Shown piece by piece: positions 8,162 to 19,100 of a DNA stretch of 64,000 bases. The stretch lies in IMG/VR virus record IMGVR_UViG_3300044714_000024, positions 204 to 64,203 of that record; one strand, given 5' to 3'. How positions within the stretch are numbered: position 1 is the first letter of the stretch; every line of letters starts with the position of its first letter. This stretch comes from a virus. Its lineage: Duplodnaviria; Caudoviricetes. A model generated the notes under the pieces. The model ran no database searches and was not told the origin of the DNA. It saw nothing but the letters and a program-made list of their open reading frames with translations. The position numbers were made by a program, and so were the translations under genes.

Positions 8162-8839
8162 ATGGATGCCGCCCAAGATACCCTGAATCCGCCCAAACTC
8201 AAGACCTGTACGGCTTGCGGGATTGCGAAGCCGCTTGTTGAGTTTTTTCAAGATAAGCGCCGCAAGGAACCACGGGCTACCTGTAAAGAATGCGGCAAGG
8301 AGTACTATAGAGCTTGGTATCATCAGCGAGAAAATGCGCTGAACTTGGCTCGGGCTGCACAAAAGAAGAAAAAACAAGACCGGGAGTGGCAGGAAGTTCT
8401 AGATGGCGGTCGGGTTTGTGTTACTTGCGGAGAAAATAAACCAATCACGGAGTTTTTTAAGCATAGCCGTTCGTCGCGAGGATATAAGCGTATCTGTAAG
8501 GCTTGTGAAATAGCGGGACTCAAACGTTGGCGTCACGAAAATCCAGAGGACGCGAGAAAACGCGCAAGAGCGGCCCGCATTCGTATGGATTATGGAATGT
8601 CTACTCTTGAGTTTCAGGCGATGGTTGAAGCACAAGAAAACTGCTGTAAAATATGTGACAAAGAATTTCACCCGGACGGTGGTTATGCTGGCCCATATGT
8701 TGACCATAACCACTCGACAGGAAAAGTACGTGAACTTCTTTGTTTCGAGTGTAACAGCGGCTTGGGTCGTTTTAAGGATAATCCAGAATTGCTAAAGCGC
8801 GCAGCGTCCTATTTGGAAAAACATAAATCAGATGGATGA
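8162..8839 (+). CDS. endonuclease VII-family (His-Me finger) homing-type endonuclease
   Basis: Two C..C...KP..EF zinc-ribbon repeats, then Q...C.IC, VDHNH.TGKVR.LLC..CN.GLG.FKDN. More AT-rich than its flanks. Confidence 0.9.
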   Translation: MDAAQDTLNPPKLKTCTACGIAKPLVEFFQDKRRKEPRATCKECGKEYYRAWYHQRENALNLARAAQKKKKQDREWQEVLDGGRVCVTCGENKPITEFFKHSRSSRGYKRICKACEIAGLKRWRHENPEDARKRARAARIRMDYGMSTLEFQAMVEAQENCCKICDKEFHPDGGYAGPYVDHNHSTGKVRELLCFECNSGLGRFKDNPELLKRAASYLEKHKSDG

Positions 8840-9623
8840 TGTCACGATCAGTAATTTAGCCTTAGACGCCATAGGCGCGCGTTTCAGCCTTACGTCACTA
8901 CAGCCGCCGTTGCCGCCGCCCAATGCAGTAGTGGTCAGCCGGCGCTATCAGGTTACGATGGACAGTCTTTTTAGATCAGCGCATTGGAATTTTGCGAGAT
9001 TTCAGCGCCACGGCGTTGTACTGAAAGCCGCGCAAGGAACCCCGGAAAATCCCAACGGTACAACGCTACCAATTCCTCCTTATCCCTGGCAGTATGCCTA
9101 TCAATACCCCGCAGATTGTTTGCTCGCGCGTTATTTGCTCTGCAATCAGCCTTTGACGGGGAGTGGCAATCCATTTCCCGCAGGCGTGACGACAACGCCG
9201 CTGTGGCCGTTTGGCAATCCCGGTTATAAATTTGTGGTGGCGAACGATACGGATGTGGCAGGGAATCAAATAAAAGTTATTCTGACCGATCTGGAATTCG
9301 CGGATATTGTCTATACGGGGCGAGTGACGAACGTCGATCTTTGGGACGCTCACTTTCAGAACGCGGCGATTGCGACTCTTGGGGCGTGGTTGGTCAATCC
9401 TCTCGCTCGAAATGCAATAGTCCTCAAAGAGCAAATCGAGATCGCAACGTCGGTGGTGCAGTCGGCGCGAATCTCGGATGGCAATGAGGGAATTACTTCC
9501 ATAGATCACGTGCCCGATTGGATGGCCGTTCGTGGAATAACCGGCTACGGTCTCGGTTGGGACACGGCAATGTGTTATTACGGTTGGTCAAGTTTGGGAT
9601 TTCCTGGGGGCGGGTTTGTGTGA
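8832..9623 (+). CDS. tail adaptor / tail tubular protein A-like
   Basis: I.N.AL..IG, H.WNFA, W.YAY.YPADCL, D..F..A....L and AR..D..E motifs. Confidence 0.85.
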   Translation: MDDVTISNLALDAIGARFSLTSLQPPLPPPNAVVVSRRYQVTMDSLFRSAHWNFARFQRHGVVLKAAQGTPENPNGTTLPIPPYPWQYAYQYPADCLLARYLLCNQPLTGSGNPFPAGVTTTPLWPFGNPGYKFVVANDTDVAGNQIKVILTDLEFADIVYTGRVTNVDLWDAHFQNAAIATLGAWLVNPLARNAIVLKEQIEIATSVVQSARISDGNEGITSIDHVPDWMAVRGITGYGLGWDTAMCYYGWSSLGFPGGGFV

Positions 9624-12600
9624 ATGACAACGCCGATCATAAAATCGTCGTTCTCAAGCGGCGAAGTGTCGCCGTCATTATATGGTCGCGTGGATTTAGC
9701 GGGTTGGCATAAAGCCTGCTCCGTATCTCGTAATTTCTTTGTTTCATATAAAGGTGGATTACTGAGTCGCGGCGGCCTCGCTTATGTAGGGGTCTGCAAG
9801 CAAGCCGCTTCCGCAAGCTCCATTCCTCCGCGCAATATCGAATTCACGTTCAATATTTTCCAGTCGTATATCCTGGAATTCGGCGAACTCTATATGCGTG
9901 TGGTCGCCAATGGCGGCTATGTGACCGAGGCTGCGTTTACGGTTACGGGAGCGACGCAGGCCAATCCATGCGTGCTCACGATACCGGGACACAATTTCGT
10001 CGTCGGCGATTGGATTTTTCTTATCGGTCTCGGCGGCATGATTCAGTTGGATGCACGCACAGTCATTGTGCGCAGCGTCGCTGGAAATAATGTGACAATC
10101 GAGGATGTCTTTGGCGTTCCAATCAATTCTCTTGCCTATAATGCTTACACCGTGGGTGGAACGGCGGCGCGACTCTACACGCTGATCACGCCATATCACG
10201 CCATCGATCTGCCTTATCTAAAATACGTGCAAAGCGCCGACACGATGTCGCTGACCTGCATCAATCAGGCGACCCAGACCGAATACCAGCCGCAGGAATT
10301 AAGCCGTCTCGCTGCAAACAATTGGACCATAGCTCCACCAGCTTTTGCTGCGTCCATAGCTGCGCCGGCGACTTGTACGGTCACGGGGACCGCTTATTCG
10401 GCGGGGCCGGGGCCGGCGGCTTACGGGTATGTCGTTACGGCCATCGACAGCACGACCGGAGACGAAAGCGAGCCGTCTCCGATTGGCGTTGTTACGAACG
10501 TGGTGGATATTGCCGGGCAGTTCGGCACCAACACGGTCAGTTGGACCGCTGTACCCAATGCCGGGAGTTACAATGTTTATCGTGCCACGCCAGATTATAC
10601 CAACACAGGGAATTTTGCCGGGCAGTTATTTGGTTTTGTCGGTTCCTCCCGGTCGGTCACTTGGCAGGACACCAACATCATTCCCGACTTCACCACGACG
10701 CCGCCGGAACATCTTAATCCGTTTGCGCCGGGGCAGATCGTCAACGTTGGGACGATACCCGCGACGGGGGTGTTTGCCGCAGCAACTACGACGGCGGCGA
10801 TCAACACGACGACGGGATCGCAAGGAATCATCCAACCGATTGTCTCGGGTGGATTCGTGGTAGCGGGCAACGTCCTCAACGGCGGCCAAAAATACAGCCC
10901 CGGCGACACCGTGACGTTCACGGATTCCGGTTCGGGAGATACCGTGGTAGCCCCGCTCATCCTTGGTCCGCAGTCAGGAACTTATCCGGGTGTCACGGCA
11001 TACTTTCAACAACGGCGGACTTATGCGTTTTCGCTAATGGCGCCCGACACCTACGAAATGTCGCAGCCGGGATCGTATCTCAATTTCGATTCGGCCGATC
11101 CTCCCATTGATTCTGATGCGATCACGGGAACGCCGTGGGGCGAGCAGATCAACGGCATTCAGTGGATGCGGCCGATGCCGGGAGGGCTTGTTACGTTTAC
11201 GGGCGGTACGACGTGGCAAGTGTCTGGAACGTCCGGGGCTGGCTCGCCCATAACTCCCTCGCAACAGAACGCGCAAGCGCAGGAAGGCATTGGTTCCTCG
11301 CCGACGCTCGCGCCGATCCGAATCCGAAACAATCTGCTCTACGTCGATTCGCTCAATGGGTTCGTGAACGAGATCAATTATAATTTCTATTTCAACATCT
11401 ATACCGGGCAGGACATTACGCTTTTGTCGAGTCATCTGTTCCAGGACACGACTTTGGGGCAGTGGGCGCTTTCATTCAGTCCTTATCGGTTGATCTGGGT
11501 GGTCAGGAACGACGGCAAGATGCTGTCTCTGACTTACATCGCCGAGCAGGAAATGCGCGGTTGGGCGCGGCACGATACGCTCGGGTTGTTTGCGTCTGTC
11601 GCGGTCGCTTCGGAACCTCCGGTCAATGCGGCTTATTTCATCGTCAAGCGGTATGTCTCTGGCAAAGGCCAGTGGGTTTACATGCAAGAGCGCATGGACA
11701 ATCGGTTGTGGCAGAATGTGGAGCAGTCGTATTGCCTCGATAGTGCGCTTTCCCTTCCACAACCTGCGCCGAATGCGAATCTCGTGGCGTCTGCCGCAAA
11801 AGGTCCGGGTGGGGTGAAGCTTGGGGCCGTGATTCTTGGTGGCAATAGTTATTCGGCGACGCCGGCCGGGCAGATCGTCGATGACGCGGGAACCGGCTCG
11901 GGTGCCGTGGTGACGGCGTTCACCGTTGTTGGGGGCGTGATAACCGGCCTAACGATCACGCCCGGCATCAATTACCAGAAGCCGCGAATCATCGTCACGG
12001 ACGCGACGGGATCTGGTGCGGATATCTCCTTGGTGGTCGATAATACCGTGATGTTTACGGCGGATGGCGCCGTGTTCTCAGTGGCCAACAACGGGGCTGT
12101 GCTGCGCACGGGTGGGGGTATCGGAACCAGCGTCTTATACGTCTCCCCGACCCAGATAACCGCACAGGTGGCGCCGCAAGCGGCGATTGCGACCACGTTG
12201 CCGAACGATCCGAACAATATGCCGGCGCCGGCTGTGGCTGGGTCTTGGACTCTCACTCAGCCGATTACGACGGTTCTTGGGCTTGAGCATTTGGAAGGGA
12301 TGACGGTCAATGCGCTGTGCGACGGAACGCCGGTCGTGGGGCTTTTGGTGGTCAATGGGTCGGTGACTTTGCCAAATCCGGCGAGCCAGGTGCTTATCGG
12401 ACTTCCTTTCATCGCACAGGCACAGTCGATGCACGCCGACATGCCGGGTGAATTGATCCAGGGCAAGCGCAAGCGGATTCAAGGGGTGGCCGTGAGGCTC
12501 GCGAATTCTCGCGGCATCAAGCTCGGGCAGGATCAGCCTATCGCTGCTCAACAGCCGAATCAGATCGAGATTCCGTGGGATCAGGCGCCGAATCTGATGA

Positions 12601-12818
12601 CGCAACTCACGGAACCGAACGCGCTTGCGGGCGCGGGGAATGCCGTGCAGTTGTTCTCAGGTGACAAATACGTGGTGATCGCGGGGGATTATTCGACAAC
12701 GGATGGTCAGCCGTCGCCGGGCATGGTAGCGGTGGAGCAAGACCTTCCATTGCCTTGTGAAATACTGGCGTTCATTCCCGAACTGGAAGTGGGCGATACT
12801 GGCGATTCTCATGCTTAA
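9624..12818 (+). CDS. tail nozzle / tail tubular protein B-like
   Basis: 1064 aa; SF..GE.SP.L.GR.DL, Y.QSAD, YP....YFQQR, W.VR.DG, W.RH.T.G and GL.HLEG.TV motifs. Confidence 0.9.
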   Translation: MTTPIIKSSFSSGEVSPSLYGRVDLAGWHKACSVSRNFFVSYKGGLLSRGGLAYVGVCKQAASASSIPPRNIEFTFNIFQSYILEFGELYMRVVANGGYVTEAAFTVTGATQANPCVLTIPGHNFVVGDWIFLIGLGGMIQLDARTVIVRSVAGNNVTIEDVFGVPINSLAYNAYTVGGTAARLYTLITPYHAIDLPYLKYVQSADTMSLTCINQATQTEYQPQELSRLAANNWTIAPPAFAASIAAPATCTVTGTAYSAGPGPAAYGYVVTAIDSTTGDESEPSPIGVVTNVVDIAGQFGTNTVSWTAVPNAGSYNVYRATPDYTNTGNFAGQLFGFVGSSRSVTWQDTNIIPDFTTTPPEHLNPFAPGQIVNVGTIPATGVFAAATTTAAINTTTGSQGIIQPIVSGGFVVAGNVLNGGQKYSPGDTVTFTDSGSGDTVVAPLILGPQSGTYPGVTAYFQQRRTYAFSLMAPDTYEMSQPGSYLNFDSADPPIDSDAITGTPWGEQINGIQWMRPMPGGLVTFTGGTTWQVSGTSGAGSPITPSQQNAQAQEGIGSSPTLAPIRIRNNLLYVDSLNGFVNEINYNFYFNIYTGQDITLLSSHLFQDTTLGQWALSFSPYRLIWVVRNDGKMLSLTYIAEQEMRGWARHDTLGLFASVAVASEPPVNAAYFIVKRYVSGKGQWVYMQERMDNRLWQNVEQSYCLDSALSLPQPAPNANLVASAAKGPGGVKLGAVILGGNSYSATPAGQIVDDAGTGSGAVVTAFTVVGGVITGLTITPGINYQKPRIIVTDATGSGADISLVVDNTVMFTADGAVFSVANNGAVLRTGGGIGTSVLYVSPTQITAQVAPQAAIATTLPNDPNNMPAPAVAGSWTLTQPITTVLGLEHLEGMTVNALCDGTPVVGLLVVNGSVTLPNPASQVLIGLPFIAQAQSMHADMPGELIQGKRKRIQGVAVRLANSRGIKLGQDQPIAAQQPNQIEIPWDQAPNLMTQLTEPNALAGAGNAVQLFSGDKYVVIAGDYSTTDGQPSPGMVAVEQDLPLPCEILAFIPELEVGDTGDSHA

Positions 12819-13347
12819 CATGAACGGCTATGCTCATACGAAAGTACCGCTGCATCTTGAGCCTGTGCAGCGTGGCTACACTATCGAGCCAACCGAGGTC
12901 GGTCATATCTACCAATTAGCGGAGACTTTGCGCGAGCAAGACCGATTGGAGATTCTGAATCTCGGTTTTGGGGTCAAGAAAGCACTTTGGCGGGCCTATC
13001 GTAATTCGATCATGTGTAAGACGGCATTGGTGGCTGACAAGGTTGCGGCGATTTGGGGCTTGGGAATCGGTTTGCGTGCGGGTGTTAGTCCTTTGTCCGA
13101 TCTTGGAGTCCCGTGGTTGCATACATCGGTTGCTATCGAGTCTGTGCCTTTCTCTTTTGTCCGAGTAGCCAAGGTAGAGTTGGCAGCTATGTTGAAGCTA
13201 AGACCACGACTTGAATCGTTCGTGGCTGCTGACTATGCGCAGGCAATTAAATTTCTTCGGATTTTGGGCTTTGCTGTGGAAAAACCGGAAGTGGTTGGGC
13301 TTGGTGGTGCGCTGTACTGTAGGTTTCACATGGGCTTTGACGCTTAA
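12811..13347 (+). CDS. GNAT-fold virion assembly protein (T7 gp13-like)
   Basis: LRE.D..E, G.PW, L...V...Y..AIKFL..LGF; sits between nozzle and ejection genes. Confidence 0.7.
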   Translation: MLNMNGYAHTKVPLHLEPVQRGYTIEPTEVGHIYQLAETLREQDRLEILNLGFGVKKALWRAYRNSIMCKTALVADKVAAIWGLGIGLRAGVSPLSDLGVPWLHTSVAIESVPFSFVRVAKVELAAMLKLRPRLESFVAADYAQAIKFLRILGFAVEKPEVVGLGGALYCRFHMGFDA

Positions 13348-13356
13348 AGGATTAAA

Positions 13357-13881
13357 ATGGGTGCGGTGCTCGCTCCGTTAATGTTGGTTGGAGGATTGGC
13401 TGGCGCTGGCCTCAGCGCCGCTGGTTCCTACGGCTCCATGGAGGCATCATCGAGGAATGCGGCCTATCAAGCACAAGTCGCGGCGAATAATGCCACCATC
13501 GCCATGAAGAACGCCGCAATGGATACGCAGTCGGGGGAGATTGCGGCGGGAAATCAGGGCTTAAAGACGCGTGCTGCGGTCGGTAAGACGCTGGCGCAGC
13601 AAGGGGCTTCGGGAATCGATGTCAATACCGGCTCAGCGCCCAAGGTGCGTGCGGCCGAAAGCGAACTCGGGATGATGGATGCGTTGACGATACGCTCCAA
13701 TGCGGCGAAGAAGGCTTACGCGGATACGGTTGCGGCTACAGGGGATACGGCGGAATCGCAGTTGCTTACATCGGAATCGCAACAAGCATCGGCTGCGGCG
13801 CCGGTTTCTGCGCTCGGGACGTTCCTTAGTGGGGCGTCGAGTGCGGGTGGAAGCTACGCGAAGTATCTACAAACGTCGTGA
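13357..13881 (+). CDS. internal virion (ejection) protein, small
   Basis: Gly/Ala-rich N-terminus; A..GASG.DV..GS and DALTIR.NA motifs. Confidence 0.8.
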   Translation: MGAVLAPLMLVGGLAGAGLSAAGSYGSMEASSRNAAYQAQVAANNATIAMKNAAMDTQSGEIAAGNQGLKTRAAVGKTLAQQGASGIDVNTGSAPKVRAAESELGMMDALTIRSNAAKKAYADTVAATGDTAESQLLTSESQQASAAAPVSALGTFLSGASSAGGSYAKYLQTS

Positions 13882-13934
13882 TGACAATGGGTCACGATTC
13901 TTCCTTCTTGGGATAGGCACCGGATTCGGTCAAC

Positions 13935-16154
13935 ATGGCGCCGCAGATTCTTAACGTGGAATTTCCTGAAATAAATCCCTCGGGTGCCCCGTCCGACGAT
14001 TACGAGCGCATTCCGTCGTCGCCTAATATGTTCGGTGCATTTGGCGCGGAGGCTGCAAAGCAGACAGGCGAAGGATTGGTCAAGGCGGCGGACACTGGCC
14101 TTTCCTATCTGACCCAACAGAACGAATACAACAATCAGATTCACGCCAGCGAATTGCATTCGTGGTTTTCCGATCAAGCAGGCGATCTGGTCTCCAAGCA
14201 CTCCGAGTTGCAGGGCCGTGCAGCGCTCGATGATCTTCCTAACCTGAAAACAAAAATTGCCGACCTGCAAACGCAGGCTGAATCGCAGGCCGGGAACCTC
14301 CCGACAAAGGCTCTTGTCGCCGGCAATACGCGCCGGACGATGGATTGGCTTATCGGGGCCGCTACGCACCATGCCGACGCCCAGCATACCGCATGGGCCA
14401 CAAAGACGGCGGCGGATAATATTGTCTCGGCGTCGAATATCGGCGGCCTCGCGATTCAGACGGGGGACTTCAACAAGCTCGATCAACAATTCGATATTAT
14501 TGGCAAGGAGGCTCACAACTATTTCGATCCGATGGGCTATGACGCGCAGACGTTGGATGTCGAAGTCTCCAAGTACCGAGGGAATGCGGTCAAGAATTGG
14601 GTTGAAACGGCGGCCACAAATCAGAATGACCCCGATGCTCTCACTCATGCAGTACAGATTTATCAGAAATACGCATCCGACATCGATCCGGCAAGCCGGC
14701 TTACGATTTCCAGGGAATTGAATACGAAAGTGTTTAATCGCACGGTCGATAGGCTGTCGAATTATTATATAAGTGGTTCAGTCGCAGGACTCAATCCAAG
14801 TTTTGTTGCCGGGCTCAAACAATCCGAAGGCTATAAGGACAAACCATATTGGGATGTCAATCATTGGAGCGTCGGCTACGGCACGCCAGCTTCTGGGCCA
14901 GATGAAAAAGCCGACAGATTCACTCTTGAGGGCAGGTTTGAAGATAAAGTGACTGAGGCGGCAAGCGTTGTCGATTTGGTCAATCCACATCTTGATCCAG
15001 GAACCCGCGCGGCCCTCACATCGCTGACGTTCAATACTGGACAAAAGTGGGTGAATTCCGGGCTGGGCGACGCCATCCGTAATGGCGATCTAATGAAAGC
15101 GCAGGAGCTTTTCCGGCAATATAATCAGGTCGGCGGTAAGTTCGATCAGTCCATAGCCGACAGGCGCAATCGCGAAGCGGAATGGTTCGGGCGCCAGGAT
15201 GCGCAGGGCGTACCTAAGCCCGATCCCGCTGCGCTGATTCAACGAGTGCGAACCGATCCGGCTTTCGAAAATAGACCGGAACTGCAAAAGGCGGTGGAGC
15301 AGAATATTCTGTCCAAGACCGCGATGCAGGAGCGCGCCGACGTACTACAGGCCAAGCAACAAAAGGAAACATCCGACGCGACCGAATGGGAAGTGTTCAA
15401 GAATATCCATTCCGACAAGCCATCGGTCACGATGGACATGATCGATAAACTTCCGCTCACGGTCGAAGCAAAGAAACGGATGGTCGAACAGTTAGATAAA
15501 GTCACGGGATCGAATGAGAAGGCGGAAAAAACTTACGGTGCAGGTTTTTACGATATGTACCGTCGTATTCATCTGCCCGAAGGCGATCCCGATAGAGTGA
15601 CTGACGGCGGGCAACTCTATGGGCACGTTGGGCCGCAGGGCGATTTGACTGTCGCGGGTGTCGATAAGCTTGTTACCGAAATCCAAGCAAGAAAATCCCC
15701 CGAAGGCGTTGCCGAATCCGAAATGAAAGCGCAGTTTTTGAAGAACGCGCGGGCACAGATCACAGGAACGGATGAGGGTCTGCACATCAAAGACCCGAAA
15801 GGCGATGAACTTTATTTGAAGTTTCTGGCGCAAGTGCTGCCGATGTACGATGCCGCGCGCAAAGAGGGGAAATCCGCGCCGACATTGTTCAATCCCGATA
15901 GTCCCGATTATCTCGGCAAAGCCATTGCGGGATTCCGCCGGCCAATGGATCAGTGGTATGCCGACACGATTCACGATCAGGCATCGCCCTCAACTTTCGA
16001 CGTAACCAAAGTCAAATCGCTTGACGATTTAGTTACGGCGTATCGCGCCGGGAACGTCGATAAGGCGACCGCCGATGCTACCGCGATTGCGCATGGTTGG
16101 GCAATGCGCAAGCCTTCTCCCATGCCGATGCCGACCGTTCCGATGAGTCAGTGA
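13935..16154 (+). CDS. internal virion protein with GH24 lysozyme-like domain
   Basis: Helical protein with central EG....PYWD....SVGYG...AAL.SL.FN.G...RR..EA. Confidence 0.8.
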   Translation: MAPQILNVEFPEINPSGAPSDDYERIPSSPNMFGAFGAEAAKQTGEGLVKAADTGLSYLTQQNEYNNQIHASELHSWFSDQAGDLVSKHSELQGRAALDDLPNLKTKIADLQTQAESQAGNLPTKALVAGNTRRTMDWLIGAATHHADAQHTAWATKTAADNIVSASNIGGLAIQTGDFNKLDQQFDIIGKEAHNYFDPMGYDAQTLDVEVSKYRGNAVKNWVETAATNQNDPDALTHAVQIYQKYASDIDPASRLTISRELNTKVFNRTVDRLSNYYISGSVAGLNPSFVAGLKQSEGYKDKPYWDVNHWSVGYGTPASGPDEKADRFTLEGRFEDKVTEAASVVDLVNPHLDPGTRAALTSLTFNTGQKWVNSGLGDAIRNGDLMKAQELFRQYNQVGGKFDQSIADRRNREAEWFGRQDAQGVPKPDPAALIQRVRTDPAFENRPELQKAVEQNILSKTAMQERADVLQAKQQKETSDATEWEVFKNIHSDKPSVTMDMIDKLPLTVEAKKRMVEQLDKVTGSNEKAEKTYGAGFYDMYRRIHLPEGDPDRVTDGGQLYGHVGPQGDLTVAGVDKLVTEIQARKSPEGVAESEMKAQFLKNARAQITGTDEGLHIKDPKGDELYLKFLAQVLPMYDAARKEGKSAPTLFNPDSPDYLGKAIAGFRRPMDQWYADTIHDQASPSTFDVTKVKSLDDLVTAYRAGNVDKATADATAIAHGWAMRKPSPMPMPTVPMSQ

Positions 16155-19100
16155 TGCAGGACGTTCCAGCACAACAGCCCACGGCCGCGCCTGTCCCGCA
16201 GGACGTGGATACTTTGTTCCCGGAGAAGGGTGGGGCGCAGGATGTTGATTCGCTGTTTCCATCTTCTATCGAGGCGGATAGGAAAGCGAAGGCCGCTGGT
16301 ATCTCTCATTCGCCGATCAACGATTTGATCTTCGGCGACAAGACGGTGAACCCGGTTGCGCGGATATTGGATTCGTTCGAGCAGGGATTTGAACAGGGGT
16401 GGGGTACGGACCGGTTGGGATTGTCCGATGAAAGTACCGAGTACCTGAAAAAGATTGGTATTTTCAATGATTATCAGAAGGGCCAAGCGAGTCTCGTAAA
16501 GACCGCAAATGAAGTTCTGTTGCGGCCTGCGGCGGTTGTACTTGACGCGGTAATCCGACGTGGCTTGCCAGCGATGTTCCGGGGCGGTCAGGCGGTTGTG
16601 CAACAAGTCGGCGAGGAAGTCGGGGCGCCAAATCTTGCTCGCGAAATAGCGGCGCTCCCGGAAGCATTTCCAACGGGACTGCATGGGCCAGTGAGCGGAA
16701 TGCCGATACCCGGCCTTGGGCTTGGCGAAAGCATCAGAAACACTCCCGGATTGGTCGAGGCCGCGCGCAACATGAGAGTCATCGGTGCTGGCGAGCGTGG
16801 ATGGGCCGGCACTGGACCTGTCGAAGCACCTAAGACTGAGCCGGTTAAGATTGAGACCGTGCCGCAGCCCGTCAGCGGAAAACCTGAGCAGCCATCGCCA
16901 ATGACGCCGCCGCCTCCGGTCACGGCGATTGAGCCGGAAATCATTACACCGGATATTCATACGGCAGCACGCCAGGCCGCACCCGATGTTTTTGCGCGCT
17001 ACGACACGTTGAAGCAGCAGCAAGACGGTTTGCAAAAATGGCTCGCCGAGCGCGAGGCACAAGGCCAGTCCGAGCCGGGAGTGAAGGCTTATCTAGACGG
17101 CGTAAATAAGGAACTTGACGAACTCTCGCCACAGGTCAAGGCGGCCTATCAGCAAGCGGCGGAAACTACGAACGCCGCAACAGTGCTGCCGCCCGTGTCG
17201 CAATCGTGGGGCATGTTTCCGCCGCCGGAAGTGACGGGGGCGCCAGCGAAGATCGACGCGACGCATACGGTTCTCTCGGGCGCAAACTCGACGGTGGATG
17301 GCACAGTCGTTGTTGATCGCAGTATCCCGGAATTCTCGCCGACGCTCAAAACGAGTGTTGGCGAGTCGGCTCCGCTACATGAGTTTCTTGCGGAGCATGA
17401 GACTACCGAAGCGGCGTTGATGAAAGACGGAATGCCCTACGATCAGGCGCATATCCGCGCGACGGCCGCCGAGCGTGCGAAAGTCGAAGCGGCCGGCGTG
17501 GATTGGACTGCCTACACGCATGAGATTGACGGCTATCTCAACCATGTAGAACACGAGCCAAACACCAATCCACCGACCGAGCCTTTGCATATCGATCCGC
17601 AAACGGCGATTGGGCACCACAAGTCGGAGAACAAGGAGGGAATTGCTGCCGCGCCCGCTACACATCCAATCGAGGCGCAGCGGGATTTCATCGTCAACGA
17701 TGTAAAGCGCCAGTTGATCGCGGCGGGGCGACCGGAAGCGGAAGCGCAGGCGGCCGGACAGCTTGTCGCTGCACGGTACGAGGCGCGAGCCGCAAGGCTT
17801 GGCGGGGCGCGTGGCAGCGCGGAGGAACTTTACAAGGCCGAGGGCGCGCAGATACGTGGGCCGAGCGGGACAGCGGCGCCAGCGCCCACAGGAGCGCCGG
17901 CAATCGCCCCGATGCCAGCGGCAGAGGCAATCCCAGAGGACGAACTTACAACCATCCATATAGGCCATAGAGCGCCACGCGGCCCGCGCGCCGTGCCGCA
18001 AGAACGCTGGTCGCTCTTACAATTCATCGCCGATAGGGGTGGCATCAAAGCCGACGACAAGAACATCGGCGACGTGAGAACGATCTTCGGCAAGGACCAG
18101 AAGTGGATTCCTGGATTTGGACCGCTGATTCGCAAAGATGGCATGGAGATAGACCGCGCCCGCGAGGCGGCGGTCGAAGCGGGTTATATCCAGGATCACG
18201 GCCAAAGCGGTGTGAGTTCCGGGGAGGCCACGTCCAACATCGACACGCTCTTGCAGGCGATGGACCGCGAGGAACGCGGCAACAAGGTTTATCGCCAAGG
18301 TATCGAACCTACGGAAGCCAGCGAGCGTGTCCCCGACGCCGCCGAATTGGAACAGCACAGAGCCATCCAGGCGGAACTCGATACCCGCATAGCGGATTAT
18401 CTCAAAGAAGTTGGGATCAAACCCAACGAAATCGAACCATCTATCTTCGCACGAATGCGCGAATTGATGGACAGACAAAGACTGGAACCCGACATCGCTC
18501 ATGAAAGAGCGGTAATGGAGGCAGACGATCATGCCGTCGAAACCGAAAACGCTCCCGAACGCACCGAGTATATCCCCGGATGGGATGTACCTGATGACAC
18601 CGGAGCAGCACAGGAAGCGCGCGGCGCAACTGCGCAAGGCGAAGAAAGACCATCTGGCGCTGGCCCACGAACAGATCGCGACGGCGATAGAGAAAAGGCT
18701 TGGACGGAGTTCTACCAGCGGAAACGCGAACGCGACTTGATCGCGGAGCGCGAGGTAGAAGGGCAGCAACAGATTCCGGGCGCGGAGAAAATCACAGACG
18801 CCGAACTCGCGCAGCGCAGAGCAAACGAACCGCTCAAGCGGACGGCCGAACAGAAGCCGATGGATGTTGGTTTGTTCGGTGATGAAAAGGATCAGCAAGA
18901 GTTATTCCAGCAAGCACGCGGCGGCATCGTCCTCAACCCCAACGCCGTCCCCGGCCACGACTACATCGGCATGGAGAACGTCCGCCCGCTAATGAGACTG
19001 ACCGTAGAGGCCAACGCCTCGACGTTTTTTCACGAATCCGGCCATCATTGGCTTGCGGAACTTGTCCGGGATGCCGCCCACGAAGCCGCCCCCGCAGACC

